From: Mobula hypostoma
Lineage: Eukaryota
Length of the DNA: 64,000 nt
Assembly (NCBI RefSeq): GCF_963921235.1
Contig: NC_086097.1
Span: 225,496,001-225,560,000, forward strand
Reading direction: 5' to 3'
Positions 51,408-64,000 of this stretch are shown piece by piece. A program made the translations under genes and the position numbers. Within the stretch, counting starts at the first letter, position 1. Every line of letters starts with the position of its first letter. The notes beneath the pieces are model-generated. The model was not told the origin of the DNA. It made no database searches and saw only the letters and a program-made list of their open reading frames with translations.

Positions 51408-53028
51408 AAATAAATTTTAAACATTTTATTTTTCATCATAAATCCTTTGAATTCTTCTGCACTGTTGAACTATCCCCTTTAATTTCAAGATGTCTTAAGC
51501 TCTTTCACATGTACTAGCATCCACCAGAAGTTTCTTTGCAGTACAGTACAATTAAACTGCAATAATGAGCCAGCCTTCGGTGGTAGAATTCAATATCCAA
51601 GGGGTTTGGAGATTGGAACAAAGTCTGCCTCGCTAAAGTTGTAGTATGGGGGGAGGGGGTGTCTGGTCAGAAATCCAAGTGCAGTCTTATACTTCAACAG
51701 CTGCAGTACACTCCAATGATTTGAAGCAAGAATCTGTCAGGTCAACTGAGGAAATCTGTCTTCCAGTATATTTTCATTATAATTAAAAAAAACAAACCTC
51801 ATTATTATTTCAGCCAGTAGTATTATTTTGACATTAGACCACCATCATAGAAACTTTTATTATTTCTATTTGCCTATGATTCACATAGAGCATACAGAAG
51901 TACAGAACATGAGCAGGCTCTTTGCTGTGCCTGTGTTTATCATGATGCTATTCCCAACTAATTCCAACTGCCTGTACATGGTCTTTATTCTCGTCTCTCT
52001 ATCAATGCTTTGTCTGTTCATGTGCCTGTTTAATTGCCTCTTAACCATGGCTAAGCGAAGAACATTAGTCATCATAATCTTATCAGAAGGAGTTCTGTCA
52101 AACCCTTGCTGTGAAGTTCATTGTATTGCCAAGCATTAAAGCAAGGATTAGGTAATATTTGTCTGTAATTGTTCTACCTAAATCCCATGTTCCCAATTCG
52201 GAACTGGCTTCAAGCTGTCACTGATGCTCTTTCGTCGGCTGCCATCTCATTATCCCTAAACCTAAAGTGACAATGACCCAGAGGAGCTGCTTCTGCCCTG
52301 GCCCCAAAGCATTGACACCAGAGCACCAGGAACTATCTGTGTGGGTGACCGGTGCCTCTGCCGTTCCTTTTGCAAAACTATGGCAATGGAACAGGATAAG
52401 CTGTGAGCAAGTTTATCCTCATCATCTCAGCTAGGGATTGTTTTTTAAAAAAACCACAGCGAAAGTTGTTCCAAAATTGGAAGAGGAGAGTGGTAGTGGC
52501 GAAGTATTGGAAATTATTCACAGGAGAAACAGATGAGGAAAATTGCAGAGTGCAGCTGGAAATTTGACATCCAGCTTAAAATAAGAACATGGAGGCCATA
52601 GGCTAAATACCTGCAATTCACCAACAAGCAATCTTTGGATATGCGTCACTCTCAATGATCGGATTGATCGATTAGCGTTATTGGCACATGTACATCGAGA
52701 GATACAGTGAAACATGTTTTTCGTGTCAATACCCAATACCGCCTGTGGATGTGCTGAGGGCAGCCCTCAAGTGTTGCCATACTTATAGCACTAACATAGC
52801 ATGCCCACAACTTACTGACCCTAACTAGACTGGTCCTTTCCCGTATCTTTCACTATCATGCTTTAACTTTGGCTTCAATCTCTCTTTTTCAGAAAGTACT
52901 AAAAATATTTGTTACAAGCTGCACCACAAGTTAGGTATCCATACCATTTAAGAAGCCATGCTCTTTTCATAATTATCCTTCTGTGCTTTATGTACTTACA
53001 AAACATTTCTGGATGTTACCTTAATTTT

Positions 53029-53281
53029 AGCCGGCTGGTGGCGCAGTGACATCAGTGCCGGACTCCTGAGTGAAGGTTCCCGAGTTCAAATCCAGTCAGG
53101 CCGCTCCCGGGCACGCTTTCCATCTGTGCCGGGTCAAGTGTCGAGCTTGCAACTCGGCCTCGTAAGAAAAAACTGTGCTGTGAGAAGGACGTAGGGGACC
53201 ACTCACAGAATCTTTCCTCCACGACAACCACTTGAAAAGTGGTCGTCAAGGCTCTGGCAGAGTATGGCACACAAAAAAAAA
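53029..53281 (+). mobile_element. Full-length young tRNA-derived SINE with polyA and TSD
   Basis: Box A TGGCGCAGTGA, box B GAGTTCAAATCC, A10 tail; perfect 11-bp TSD ACCTTAATTTT at 53018-53028 and 53282-53292; CpG-rich. Confidence 0.92.
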
Positions 53282-53639
53282 ACCTTAATTTTGCCTACTA
53301 GACAATTTCATGCTTTTCCTTTTGTTTCCTAAATTCCCTACAACTTCACCCTACATTTTCTTGTCTCTTTCCAGGGTATTTACTGTTTGGGATATGATAT
53401 AAACTTTGGTCTTCTGCCCTATTCTATCCTCTATGGAATTTAACATTAAGTGACTTAGCACATTAAATCTAATTCAATTCTGATCACCACTATGAAAGAA
53501 CTTACATACTGACACTCGTTCCACTGCCCAGGCTCATTCCCTAATAGTAAAGTACAATTTCCCCCATTCCCTTTATATGTTTGATGCATGGTAGAAAAGA
53601 AATTCTAAATGCAATTTAGAAATTTGGTGTCCACCATTT

Positions 53640-53876
53640 AGTAGTGGTCAAGTATGATGTTCTCCTAAGTGGTTGTCTATTGACAGGTTCTCAGGTGGCT
53701 GTAGATTCACACATTTTGGTACAACGTGGGCAAGCGTTACTGGTGGCTGTGGTGAGTGGTTGGGTCTTTTGATTGTTTAGTCTCTGCTTTAGCAACTGCT
53801 GCTTGATCTCTGCGGCACAGCAGAGGTTGTTCTCATGTAGCGCAACTCCTTCCAAAAAACAGATTTCCTTTGACAC
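53640..53876 (-). mobile_element. RTE-clade LINE 3' end
   Basis: EGVALHENNL...AEIKQQLLKQRL...ACPRCTKMCES resembles the RTE C-terminal zinc-finger region. Confidence 0.65.
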
Positions 53877-55215
53877 TAACTGAGTTGCAGTTAATATTTG
53901 GCTAACTAAAATTTATCCACTGTTACAGACTGGTGTTACTTCCTTTTGCCATGTAACCATAAGCCCCACTGAGAAATGTCCTCACTGCAAAAGCTGTAAA
54001 TGACAGACCTTCAAATAGAGTTACTGTGGAAACTAGCATTAAGGTATTATACGTCAAATGCTCATTTACAACCTACTAAATATGTCCAAAGTGGTTCCTT
54101 GGATATTTTTCAAATCAAAAGAAAGTAGGTATGGTTGATGAGGAGAAAGTCAGTCAGCAGTGACACAGGAGGGCAAGGTGTAATACAAGAATTGGAAATT
54201 TCATTTAATTAGAGGTCACATTGGATTTATATGTCAGGAAATCCATGGACTTGTTTCCTTAGTAGTATTGAACAAATTTGGCTTTGATTCTTTTTCAGAT
54301 AGGTTCATCGGTTTGAATTGCAGATGATCTATTGAAGCAATTATCAGGGGTTTACTGAACATGAACCTACTGTGTTTCAGTGGAAGACCTCAAATGGATC
54401 AAACAGTAGACTTTTGCATATTTTATATCTCCACAGACAGAATTACATAATCCTTTTACATGCAGTGGAATCAATTTAATTTGTTTAATTGAATTTTCTG
54501 AATGAGCGGTTGTTTGTTCAGAAAACAATCTGTGAGCAACATTCGATAATAAAGTAAGTTTTGCTGTAAACCTGCAAGGCAACGAAAGAGCTTTTCCAAA
54601 ACTGAAGATTACAGCAGCTCTGAATGTAGAGACTGCTACAGGACAGAAGTTCTGAGATTCTGCTAGTTGACTTGTTTTGACCTCTTGAGAGCAAATGGTA
54701 TCTGATGACACAGTATTGCTCCAGAAGGCATACTCTTAAATTTCGATAAACCATTGAATGTTAGAGATGTGGGGCTGAGATCAGAAGGAATATTATATGC
54801 AGAGAGTTACAAAGTTATGGGGTGCACAATCAGAGTTAATGAATGACGTTGTATACATGGCCTGAAATGTTCTCATAGTTGATCATACTGCATGTCTTCC
54901 ACTATGTTGGAAAGACAGTGAGAATCTCAGTTCCACATGTAAATAGAGGTTCTAGCTACCTCTGATCTATTTTTGGCCTTCTTTTGGTACGAGGAATGAT
55001 GAGTTTTTGCTTCAGTGCTTCGTCCTAAGGTGGCTGATGAGGCCAATGTGGAATCCATCTTCTACAGATGACAGCTGATGAAGTGGCTACGTGGCTAGGG
55101 TTGAATGTTTGGCCCTCCCCCTGATGTTTACTAAGTTCAAAGTTCAAAATACATTTACTATCAAAGCAAATGTATGTTACCATATACAACAACTGGCTTC
55201 CCTGCATTCCTGACA

Positions 55216-57388
55216 AGTGACAATGTTCTGAACTTAAAGAAGGATAACTCTGAAAGTATGAGGTGTGAATTAGCTAAGATAGACTGGCAAATGATACTTA
55301 AAGGGTTGATGGTGAATATGCAATTGCAAGCATTTAAAGATTGCATGGATGAACTACAACAATTGTTCATCCCAGTTTGGCAAAAGAATAAACCAGGGAA
55401 GGTAGTGCACCTGTGGCTGACAAGGGAAATTAGGGATAGTATCAATTCCAAAGAAGAAACATACAAATTAGCCAGAAAAAGCAGCACACCTGAGGACTGG
55501 GAGAAATTCAGAGTCCAGCAGAGGAGGACAAAGGGCTTAATTACGAAAGGGAAAAAAAGATTATGAGAGAAAACTGGCAGGGAACATAAAAACTGACTGT
55601 AAACGCTTTTATAGATATGTGAAAAGAAAAAGATTGGTTAAGACAAATGTAGGTCCCTTACAGTCAGAAACAGATGAATTGATCATGGGGAACAAGGACA
55701 TGGCAGACCAATTGAATATCTACTTTGGTTCTGTCTTCACTAAGGAGGACATAAATAATCTTCCGGAAATAGTAGGGGACTGAGGGTCTAGTGAGATGGA
55801 GGAACTGAGGGAAATACATGTTAGTAGGGCAGTGATGTTAAGTAAATTGAAGGGATTAAAGGCAGGTAAATCCCCAGGGCCAGATGATCTGCATCCCAGA
55901 GTGCTGAAAGAAGTAGCCCAAGAAATAATGGATGCATTAGTGATAATTTTTCAAAACTCTTTAGATTCTGGATTAGTTCCTGAGGATTGGAGAGTGGCTA
56001 ATGTAACCCCGCTTTTTAAAAAATGAGTGAGAGAGAAACCGGGGAATTATAGACCGGTTAGCCTGGCACCGGTGGTGGGGAAAATGCTAGAGGCAATTAT
56101 CAATGATGTGCGAACAGCACACTTGGAAAGCGGTGAAATCATCGGACAAAGTCAGCATGGAATTGTGAAAGGAAAATCATGTCTGACGAATCTTATAGAA
56201 TCTTTTGAGGATGTAACTAGTAGGGTGGATAGGGGAGAACCAGTGGTGTGCAAACACATGGTATTGGGGGTATGGTATTGATGTGGATAGAGAATTGGTT
56301 GGCAGACAAGAAGCAAAGAGTGGGAATAAACAGGACCTTTTCAGAATGGCAGGAAGTGACTAGTGGGGTACCGCAAGGCTCAGTGCTGGGACCCCAGTTG
56401 TTTACAATATATACTAATGACTTAGACGAGGGAATTAAATGCAGCATCTCCAAGTTTGCGGATGACACGAAGCTGGGCGGCAGTGTTAGCTGTGAGGAGG
56501 ATGCTAAGAGGATGCAGGGTGACTTGGATAGGTTAGGTGAGTCGGCAAATTCATGGCAGATGCAATTTAATGTGGATAAATATGAGGTTATCCACTTTGG
56601 TGGCAAGAACAGGAAAGCAGTTATTATCTGAATGGTGGCCAATTCGGAAAAAGAGGAGGTGCAACGAGACTTGGGTGCCATTGCACACCAGTCATTGAAA
56701 GTGGGCATGCAGGTACAGCAGGCGGTAAAAAAGGCGAATGGTATGCTGGCATTCAGAGCAAGAGGATTTGAGTACAGGAGCAGGGAGGTTCTACTGCAGT
56801 TGTACAAGGCCTTGGTGAGACCACACCTGGAATATTGTGTGCAGTTTTGGTCCCCTAATCTGAGGAAAAACATTCTTGCCATAGAGGGAGTACAAAGAAG
56901 GTTCACCAGATTGATTCCTGAGATGGCAGGACTTTCATATGATGAAAGACTGGATTGACTAGGTTTATACTCGTTGGAATGTAGAAGATTGAGGGGGGAT
57001 CTTATTGAAACGTATAAAATCCTAAAGGGATTGGACAGGCTAGATGCAGGAAGATTGTTCCTGATGTTGGGGAAGTCCAGAATGAGAGGATAGTTTAAGG
57101 ATAAAGGGGAAGCCTTTTAGGACCGAGATAAGGAAAAACTTCTTCACACAGAGAGTGGTGAATCTGTGGAATTCTCTGTCACAGGAAACAGTTGAGGCCG
57201 GTTCATTGGCTATATTTAAGAGGGATTTAGATATGGCACTTGTGGCTAAAGGGATCGGGGGTATGGAGAGAAGGCAGGTACAGGGTTCTGAGTTAGATGA
57301 TCAGCCATGATCATACTGAATGGCAGAGCAGGCTTGACGGGCCGAATGGCCTACTCCTGCACCTATTTTCTATGTTTCTATGTTCTCT
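55216..57388 (+). mobile_element. Relatively young 5'-truncated CR1 (RT to tail)
   Basis: [64 protein letters not shown]; tail ttctatgtttctatg. Confidence 0.94.
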
Positions 57389-57714
57389 GTGCCAAAGCAA
57401 GTGCTTCTTCATTTTGAATGGTCATGTACCAAGGATCCCCACCAATCAGTCAGGATTTTACTTATTTTCAATTAGCCTTTGAGTTATACGTTATGTCTAG
57501 CTGGTGATCTCTTGCTATGACAAAGCTATAAACAGAGCTAGTGTTGAGCTAATATCTAAAGTGCCCTACCTGCTGGAACTGACTGCATGTGACTAATGCC
57601 TCGCTGCTGGGATACAATAGCGACATCAGTTTCCAATGGGTTTTGTGGAGCCAGCATCGGTGATACCTTCAACATGTTGAGTTACCCATTGCTGGTAATC
57701 AATGTCTTCTCAGA

Positions 57715-57900
57715 AGAATAGAAAATCTTCAAACATTCTTTTCATCAGCTCTGCTGATGCACTGAAGGGGATCTTGAATTTCATCATTAATGCCTGCTTC
57801 CATTGATTGGTGCCCACCAAAGGAATAAGAAGCAATACATATTTTCCATAATCTTATCCTGGACCTTTGTGCTCAATAACAAGGAGAATTTGGCAGAGGA
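57715..57900 (-). mobile_element. Ancient RTE-like RT C-terminal remnant
   Basis: Minus strand EAGINDEIQDPLQCIS resembles RTE-type IDDEIQHRLQCAS. Confidence 0.45.
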
Positions 57901-57940
57901 TTGTTGCTTTAAAGCTTAACTGGAGGATTATTAGCATTGA

Positions 57941-58243
57941 GGGTGTCACGGTGGCATTGTGGTTAGCAGAACGCTTTACAGTACCAGTGACTGAGGTTCA
58001 ATTCCCACTATTGCCTTTAATGAGTTCTACGTTCTCCCCATGACGGCATGCATTTCCGGTTACCCTGGTTTTCTTCCACAGTCCAAAGACACACCAGTTG
58101 GTAGGTTAATTGCTCATGATATGTTGCCCAATGACTAGGCTAGGGTTAAATTGGGGGTTTGCTGAGCGGCATGGCTTGAAGGGTTGGGAGGTCCTGTTCT
58201 GCGCTGTAGCTCAACAAACAAACAAACAAATAAATAAATAAAA
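57941..58243 (+). mobile_element. tRNA-derived SINE with (caaa)/(taaa) tail
   Basis: Box A-like tggcattgtggttag, box B gaggttcaattccc; same body as the 24.7-kb SINE. Confidence 0.85.
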
Positions 58244-58299
58244 ATCTGGTGAGCTTCAGTGAACAAGTTGAGGATGTCTGGGAGCCCAGCAACTGTCTG

Positions 58300-59715
58300 T
58301 AAATTAGTACATTTGTTTTTAATTGGCACAAGTACTGAGGTACAGTAAAAATTTGCCTTGCATAAAGTTCACACAGATCAATTCATTACAATGAGTCTGG
58401 TGCATTTGAGGTAGTACAAGGTAAAACTGTAACAGAGATGAGAGTAAGGTGTAACAGTGCAGGTAGACAATAGGATTCAAGGCTAAATCGTCTAACTTGT
58501 GAGGACAAATATCAATCTTATCACACAAGAGAACCATACTTTAACAGCCGTTCTTGAGCCTAGTGCTTTCAGGCATTTATATCACCAACCCGATGGGAAG
58601 GACACCAAGATAGAATGTCCAGGGTGTGTGCAGTCTATGATTATGCTAGCTGGTTTGCCAAGGCAGTTAGAAATACAGACAGAGTTTATGAAGGGGAGGC
58701 ATGTTTCTGTGATATACTGAGCAGTGTTCACCATTTTCTGCAGTTTTTTGTGGTCATGGGCAAAGCAGTTAACATACCAATCAAGGTGCATCATGACAGA
58801 ATTCCTTCCATGGTGCATTGATAAAATTGGTGAGGGTCAGATTTCTTTAGACTCTTGAGAAAGTAGAGGAGCTGGTATGTTTTCTTGGCTATGGTTTTAA
58901 TGTGCTTAGACCAGGACAGGCTATTGATGATGTTCACTCCCAGGAGCTTGAAGCTGAACCCTCTTGACCTCAGCACTGTTGAAGTAAACAATATGTACAC
59001 CATCACCCCATCCTGAAGTTAATGACCAGCGCTTTTGTTTTGCTGACATTGAGGGAAAGGTTGTTGTCATGACACCACATGTCTAGGCTCGCTAACTCCC
59101 TCCTGATAAATTGCTATTTAAGATAGGGGTCATCACAGTGGTACCTTCTGTAAATTTGTTTTCTGGAGTTAGAGTAGAAACTGGCCATGCAGTCGCGAGT
59201 GTATGGAGTAGAGCTGGGGACAGAGGGAAAAACATTCTGTGACACTAGTCTTGAGAATAATCATGGGAGTTGATTTTGAAATCAAGAATCCAGTTGTAAA
59301 TGGAGGTGTTGATTCCCAAGTCTGATAGTTTGGAGATGAGTCTTCTTGCAATTATAGTACTGAGGATCGAGCTGTAATCAGTAAACAATAGTCTAACAAA
59401 GGTGTTTTTTTTAATATGCAGAAACTCCAGAGATGAGTATAGGGCCAGGAAGATGGCATCTGCCAAAGACCTGGTTGACTAGTAAGCAAATTACAATGTG
59501 TTGAGATTGTCTAGGAGGCTGGAGTTACTCATGCCATGATCAGGTTCTCAAAGCACTTTATGATCATGGATGTGAAAACCAGAGAGTGTCTGTCTTTGTA
59601 GCACATTACCTTATTTTTCTTTGTTACCAAATTGATAACGATCTTCTTAAAGAGGGCACAACCTCAGATTAAAACAGGGAGAGGTTAAAAATTTCTTCAA
59701 ATTCCCTTGCACAGT
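58300..59715 (-). mobile_element. Rex1/Babar-like LINE RT and 3' end
   Basis: ADAIFLALYSSLE...VRLLFTDYSSILSTI...NWILDF; FKLLGVNI...LSWSKH; KKLQKMVNTAQYIT. Confidence 0.85.
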
Positions 59716-59723
59716 ATCTAAGT

Positions 59724-60434
59724 ACAATAGACAATAGGTGTAGGAGTAGGCCATTCGGCCTTTCGAGCCAGCACCGCCATTCACTGTGATCATGGCTGAT
59801 CATCCACAATCAGTATTCAGTTCCTGCTTTATCCCCATAACCTTTGATTCCGCTATCTTTAAGAGCTCTATCCATCTCTTTCTTGAAAGCATCCAGAGAC
59901 CTGGCCTCCACAGCCTTCTGGGGCAGAGTATTCCATATATCCACCACTCTCTGGGTGAAAAAGTTTTTCCTCAACTCTGTTCTGAATGGCTTCCCTCTTA
60001 TTCTTAAACTGTGGCCTCTGGTTCTGGACTCACCCATCAGTGGGAACATGCTTCCTGCCTCCAGTGTGTCCAATCCCTTAATAATCTTATATGTTTTAAT
60101 CAAATCCCCTCTCAGCCTTCTAAATTCCAGAGTATACAAGCCCAGTTGCTCCAATCTTTCGACATATGACAGTCCCGCCAGCCCGGGAATTAACCTTGTG
60201 AACCTACGCTGCACTCCCTCGATAGCAAGAATGTCCTTCCTCAAATTTGGAGACCAAAACTGCACACAGTATTCCAGGAGTGGTCTCACCAGGGCCCTGT
60301 ACAGCTGCAGAAGGACCTCTTTGCTCTATATACTCAATTCCTCTTGTTATGAAGGCCAGCATGCCATTAGCTTTCTTCACTGCCTGCTGTACTTGCATGC
60401 TTGCTTTCAGTGACTGATGTACAAGAACACCTAG
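59724..60434 (-). mobile_element. Young 5'-truncated CR1 3' end
   Basis: RPLLEYCVQFWSP...RGDLIKTYKIIKG...NFFTQRVVDIWN; tail caatagacaatag. Confidence 0.93.
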
Positions 60435-61699
60435 AGTACATGGTCAGGTGCATCATCTGAGCCAGCTGTGTTTCACTGATTTGTTCTCCAGATTAACCTG
60501 TGTGGACACAGGTATATTGGAGGCTGTTGAGGTGGGATATGACATTCCAATCCCTTTCTGTCCAAATGTGCATTGAAAGCCTTAAGCTCATTAGGAAGGG
60601 AAGCGCTGTTGCTGGCAATGTCGCCTGTCTTTGTCATGTTGCCTACTATAGCCAGTAAGCGCTACCATAACTGATGACTGGTCTGGGTCTTGATTTTGGA
60701 CTAGTATTGACTCTTAGCAATCCTGATAGCTTTACAGAGATCATATCTTGGTTTCTTGTGAAGGTCAGGGTCTCCTTATTTGAAAGCTGCAGTTTTAGAG
60801 TTCAGTAGGGAGTGGATCTCCCAGTTCATCCATGGTTTCCAGTTTGAGAACTCTCAGATTATCCTCTTTGGTACACACACACCATTTGATATTTCAAGCT
60901 GAGTCAGCAGAGGTTGATTAGGAAACCAAATCTCTGTCTCTAACTTTCTCTGAGGATGTCATAAGGACCATCCAGTGAACTGAAAAGACTCCAGGTTGTA
61001 TGCCACAGTCAGCAAAGCAGGTGTAAGTAACATTTCAGTGAGACATAACACGCTGCAGTCCCTTAGTTTGCTTTGGCAGGAGTATGTGTATTTTGAAACA
61101 TTGTCTGCTTTTATGACTGAAGATGAGCTTAGTTCTCAAAATAAAAGGATGTGCCTTTAAAACTGAGATGAGGAGAAATTTCTTCAGTCGGGGGTGGTGA
61201 ATTTCTGGAAGTTGCTGACACAAGGGGTTGCAGAGGCAAGCTATTAGGTGTATTTAAGGCCAGGATTGATTGGTTCTTGGTTGGTAAAATGATTGAGGAT
61301 TGCAAGGAGAAGACTGAAAAATGCGATTTTAAAATATTATCTATAATTGAATGGCAAGCCGATTCAATGGACTGAGTGGCCTAAATCTGCCCCTATTATC
61401 TTATGCACTTATGAAATGAAGGGAATATAAATCAGCTGTTTCTCATTGGTCCTGCAAAGTTTTTTGCACTCCAGTGAAACACATTAAAGGTGAAATATAG
61501 CATTATAGCCAGAAACACAAGCAATGTATCATGATGATCATTGTCTCGCTTACACCAATCTGGGCCTGCTAGAAAAATCCGGATGTAAAATTGAGACAAA
61601 TTTATCCAATTTTAGAGGGGTGCTCCTTCGCCCTTCTGAATGAGCTTTGTGAGGCCAAAAGTGGTTGAAAGACCTGTCTGCATTTCCACTGAGCTGGAG

Positions 61700-64000
61700 C
61701 TAGACCAAATGGACTGCACCTGAGAGTTCTGAAAAAGATAGCTGAAGAGATTGTGGAGGCATCAGGAATGATCTTTTAAGAATCACTGGAAAATTACGAA
61801 GGTCACTCCACTCTTTAAGAAGGGAGGGAGACAAAAGGCAGGAAATTATAGGAGGGACCTGTTCCAATGGGACGATCTTCATCTGAACCACGTTGGGACC
61901 AGGGTCCTGGCAAATCATATAACTAGGACTGTAGACATTAACTAAGTAGTAGGGGTTGGGTTCAACAACTTGGAAAAAATGAGGGTAAAGTAAAAGAAAA
62001 GGAGAGCACAAAAGAGGTCACATGAGCCTTTAGAATAAATAAAAAGACAGAGATAAAAATTTAACCTCTATTATCACGGGGGCAAATCCAAAAAGGGTAA
62101 TGAATACAGGACTGAAAGTGTTATATTTGAATGTACACTGTAAATGAATTAAGGAACATTATCTTGTACTGCAGCTGGAAATAGGTGGGCATGATGTTGC
62201 GGGCATCACTACATCATGGCTGAAATAAGATCACAATTGGGAGCTCAACATCCAAGGGTACGCATTGTATCAGAAGGACAGGCAAGGGGACAGAGGAGAT
62301 GAGGTGACTCAAGGTTCAAAGTTCAAAGTACATTCATTATCAAATTATGTACGGACATTATACAACCTTGAGGTTTGCCTCCCAGCCATATAAAAAACCC
62401 AAAAGAACCCATTTAAAAAACCACTTTCAAACAGTCAACATGCACAGAGAAAAGAAATAAATCATGCAAACAATAAACGCAAGCAAATAACATCCAGAAC
62501 TGAAGTCCTCAGAGAGCCCATACCCAGATGGTTATTTCAGCGTGGAGTGGAGCAGTGAGCTGAACAGCCCCATCATTCACCTTGGCCTCCACAGCTTGAA
62601 CTTTTCAAGCTGTCCTGGCACCTAAATCATCGTCTAAACATGGGGTTCAGTCACTTCAGTATGTTCTTGGGCCTGGACCCCATCGCCTTGATTCAGCCCG
62701 TATGCGACCTTTCCAATTCTGTCCTGTGTTTAAATCATCATCCAAGCATCAGATTCAGTCACTTCGATAAGCTCTGGTGCCTGGACCCACTGCGTCAATT
62801 TGGCCCGATCAACTGAACCGAGAGTCTTCCTAACTATCGGAGATGGGCTCGCCTGCCTTACCCAGCCTTGGTTCTGCCACATCAAATTGTCTCCATAGGG
62901 AAGTTATAGACAAGCAAAAATCTGCAGATGTGGGAAATCCAAAAAAACATGATCACACACAATGCTGGAGGAACTCAGCAGGTCAGGCAAATCTATGGCA
63001 AAGAGTACAGTTGACGTTTCGGGCCAAGACCCTTCAGCAAAAGTTATGGAATATTGCTTGCAATGAACATTACCAGAAAAGAGTGACTAACAAAGTATTT
63101 AGTTGTTTTCCTTATTTCATCAGCCACCAATCAGAATTTACAGAGATTCACCAATGCCATCTTAAACTAGATATGAACTGCTATAGACCTCACTGGTAAA
63201 AAATGAAATAAAATCCTTACAAAGAAGTGACATAGGATCAGAAGGTAGGAGTTATATACAGGCTTCTGCAGAGTAGCCAGGATGTGGGGTACAAATTACA
63301 ATGGAAGAAAGAAAATTATGTTAGAAGAACAATCTTACAATTGTCATAGGGGATTTCAATATGGAGGTAGATTGGGAAAATCAGGTTGGTGCTGAACCCC
63401 AAGAGAGGAAATCTGTGGAATGCTTTTAAGATGGTTTTTTAAAGCAGTTTGTGGTTGAACCCATTAGGGATAAGACAATTATGGATTGAGTGATCTGTAA
63501 TGAAACTTGCAATAATATGAAGGAACCTTTAGGAGTCAGTGATCATAACATGACAGAATTCACCCTGCAGTTTGAGAGGAAGAAGCTAAAAGCAGATATA
63601 TCAATATTAATGTGGAGTAAAGAGAATTACAGAGGAATGAGTGAGGATCAGTCCAATGCTGATTAGAAGGGAACACCAGCAGGGATGATGGCAGGGAAGC
63701 AATGGCTGGAGATTTCAAGAGCAATTCAGATACATCCCAAAGAAGAAATATTCTAAAGGGAGGACGAGGCAACCGTGGCTGATAAAGGAATTCAGGGATG
63801 ACATAAAAGCAAAAGAGAAGGCAAAATGTATCAGAAAAATAGTAGGAAGCTGAAGGACTGGGAATATTTTAAAAATGAGCAGAAAACAATTAAAAAGCAA
63901 TAAGGGGAGAAAAGATGATATATGAAGGTAAGCTAGTAAATAAAATAAAAGAGGATATTAAAAGTTTTTCAGACATATAAACAGTAAAAGAGAGGTGAAA
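61700..64000 (+). mobile_element. Degenerate CR1 pieces (RT fragment, ORF1 end, EN) interrupted by a non-autonomous element at ~62311-63190
   Basis: DGTIFI/LHLN-like region, LKVLYLNV, IVIGDFNM, SDHNM motifs. EN sequence resumes at ~63191. Confidence 0.75.
62908..63040 (-). mobile_element. Penelope-like terminal-repeat fragment ending within the hammerhead motif
   Basis: tgctggaggaactcagcaggtcaggc...; minus strand TTGCTGA AGGGTCTTGGCCC GAAAC GTC AACTG. Confidence 0.75.

Noticed and set aside
53029..53100. tRNA-like A/B boxes (also 24731, 30937, 57941)
   Set aside because: Heads of SINEs with bodies and tails; no complete cloverleaf evident, so not called tRNA genes.
1..64000. CRISPR arrays, prokaryotic operons or defence systems
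   Set aside because: Sequence is eukaryotic repeat-rich DNA; no regularly spaced repeat-spacer array or gene-dense region was seen.

Overview
Repeat-dominated vertebrate non-coding DNA (intergenic or intronic). The repeat families suggest a cartilaginous fish, probably a ray; this is inferred from family resemblance only. No host protein-coding gene, RNA gene or CRISPR array is recognisable, and almost all ORFs in the track are transposon fragments or their antisense shadows. The window holds the 5' part of a young L1 (intact ORF1, ORF2 running off the left edge) and many CR1 copies. It also holds Rex1/Babar-like, RTE and L2 LINE remnants, tRNA-derived SINEs, a fragmented Gypsy element, a decayed two-LTR Tf1/sushi-type chromovirus, a hAT MITE and a Tc1 end. 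Most notable: (1) a 1.19-kb non-autonomous miniature LTR retrotransposon (TRIM-like, 40716-41902) with a 5-bp TSD, a PPT and a Tf1/sushi-type self-priming primer-binding site; (2) Penelope-like terminal repeats carrying minimal hammerhead-ribozyme motifs, including an inverted pair at 45.4 kb; (3) a layered nested-insertion history. Boundaries of old repeats are approximate and were judged by eye.
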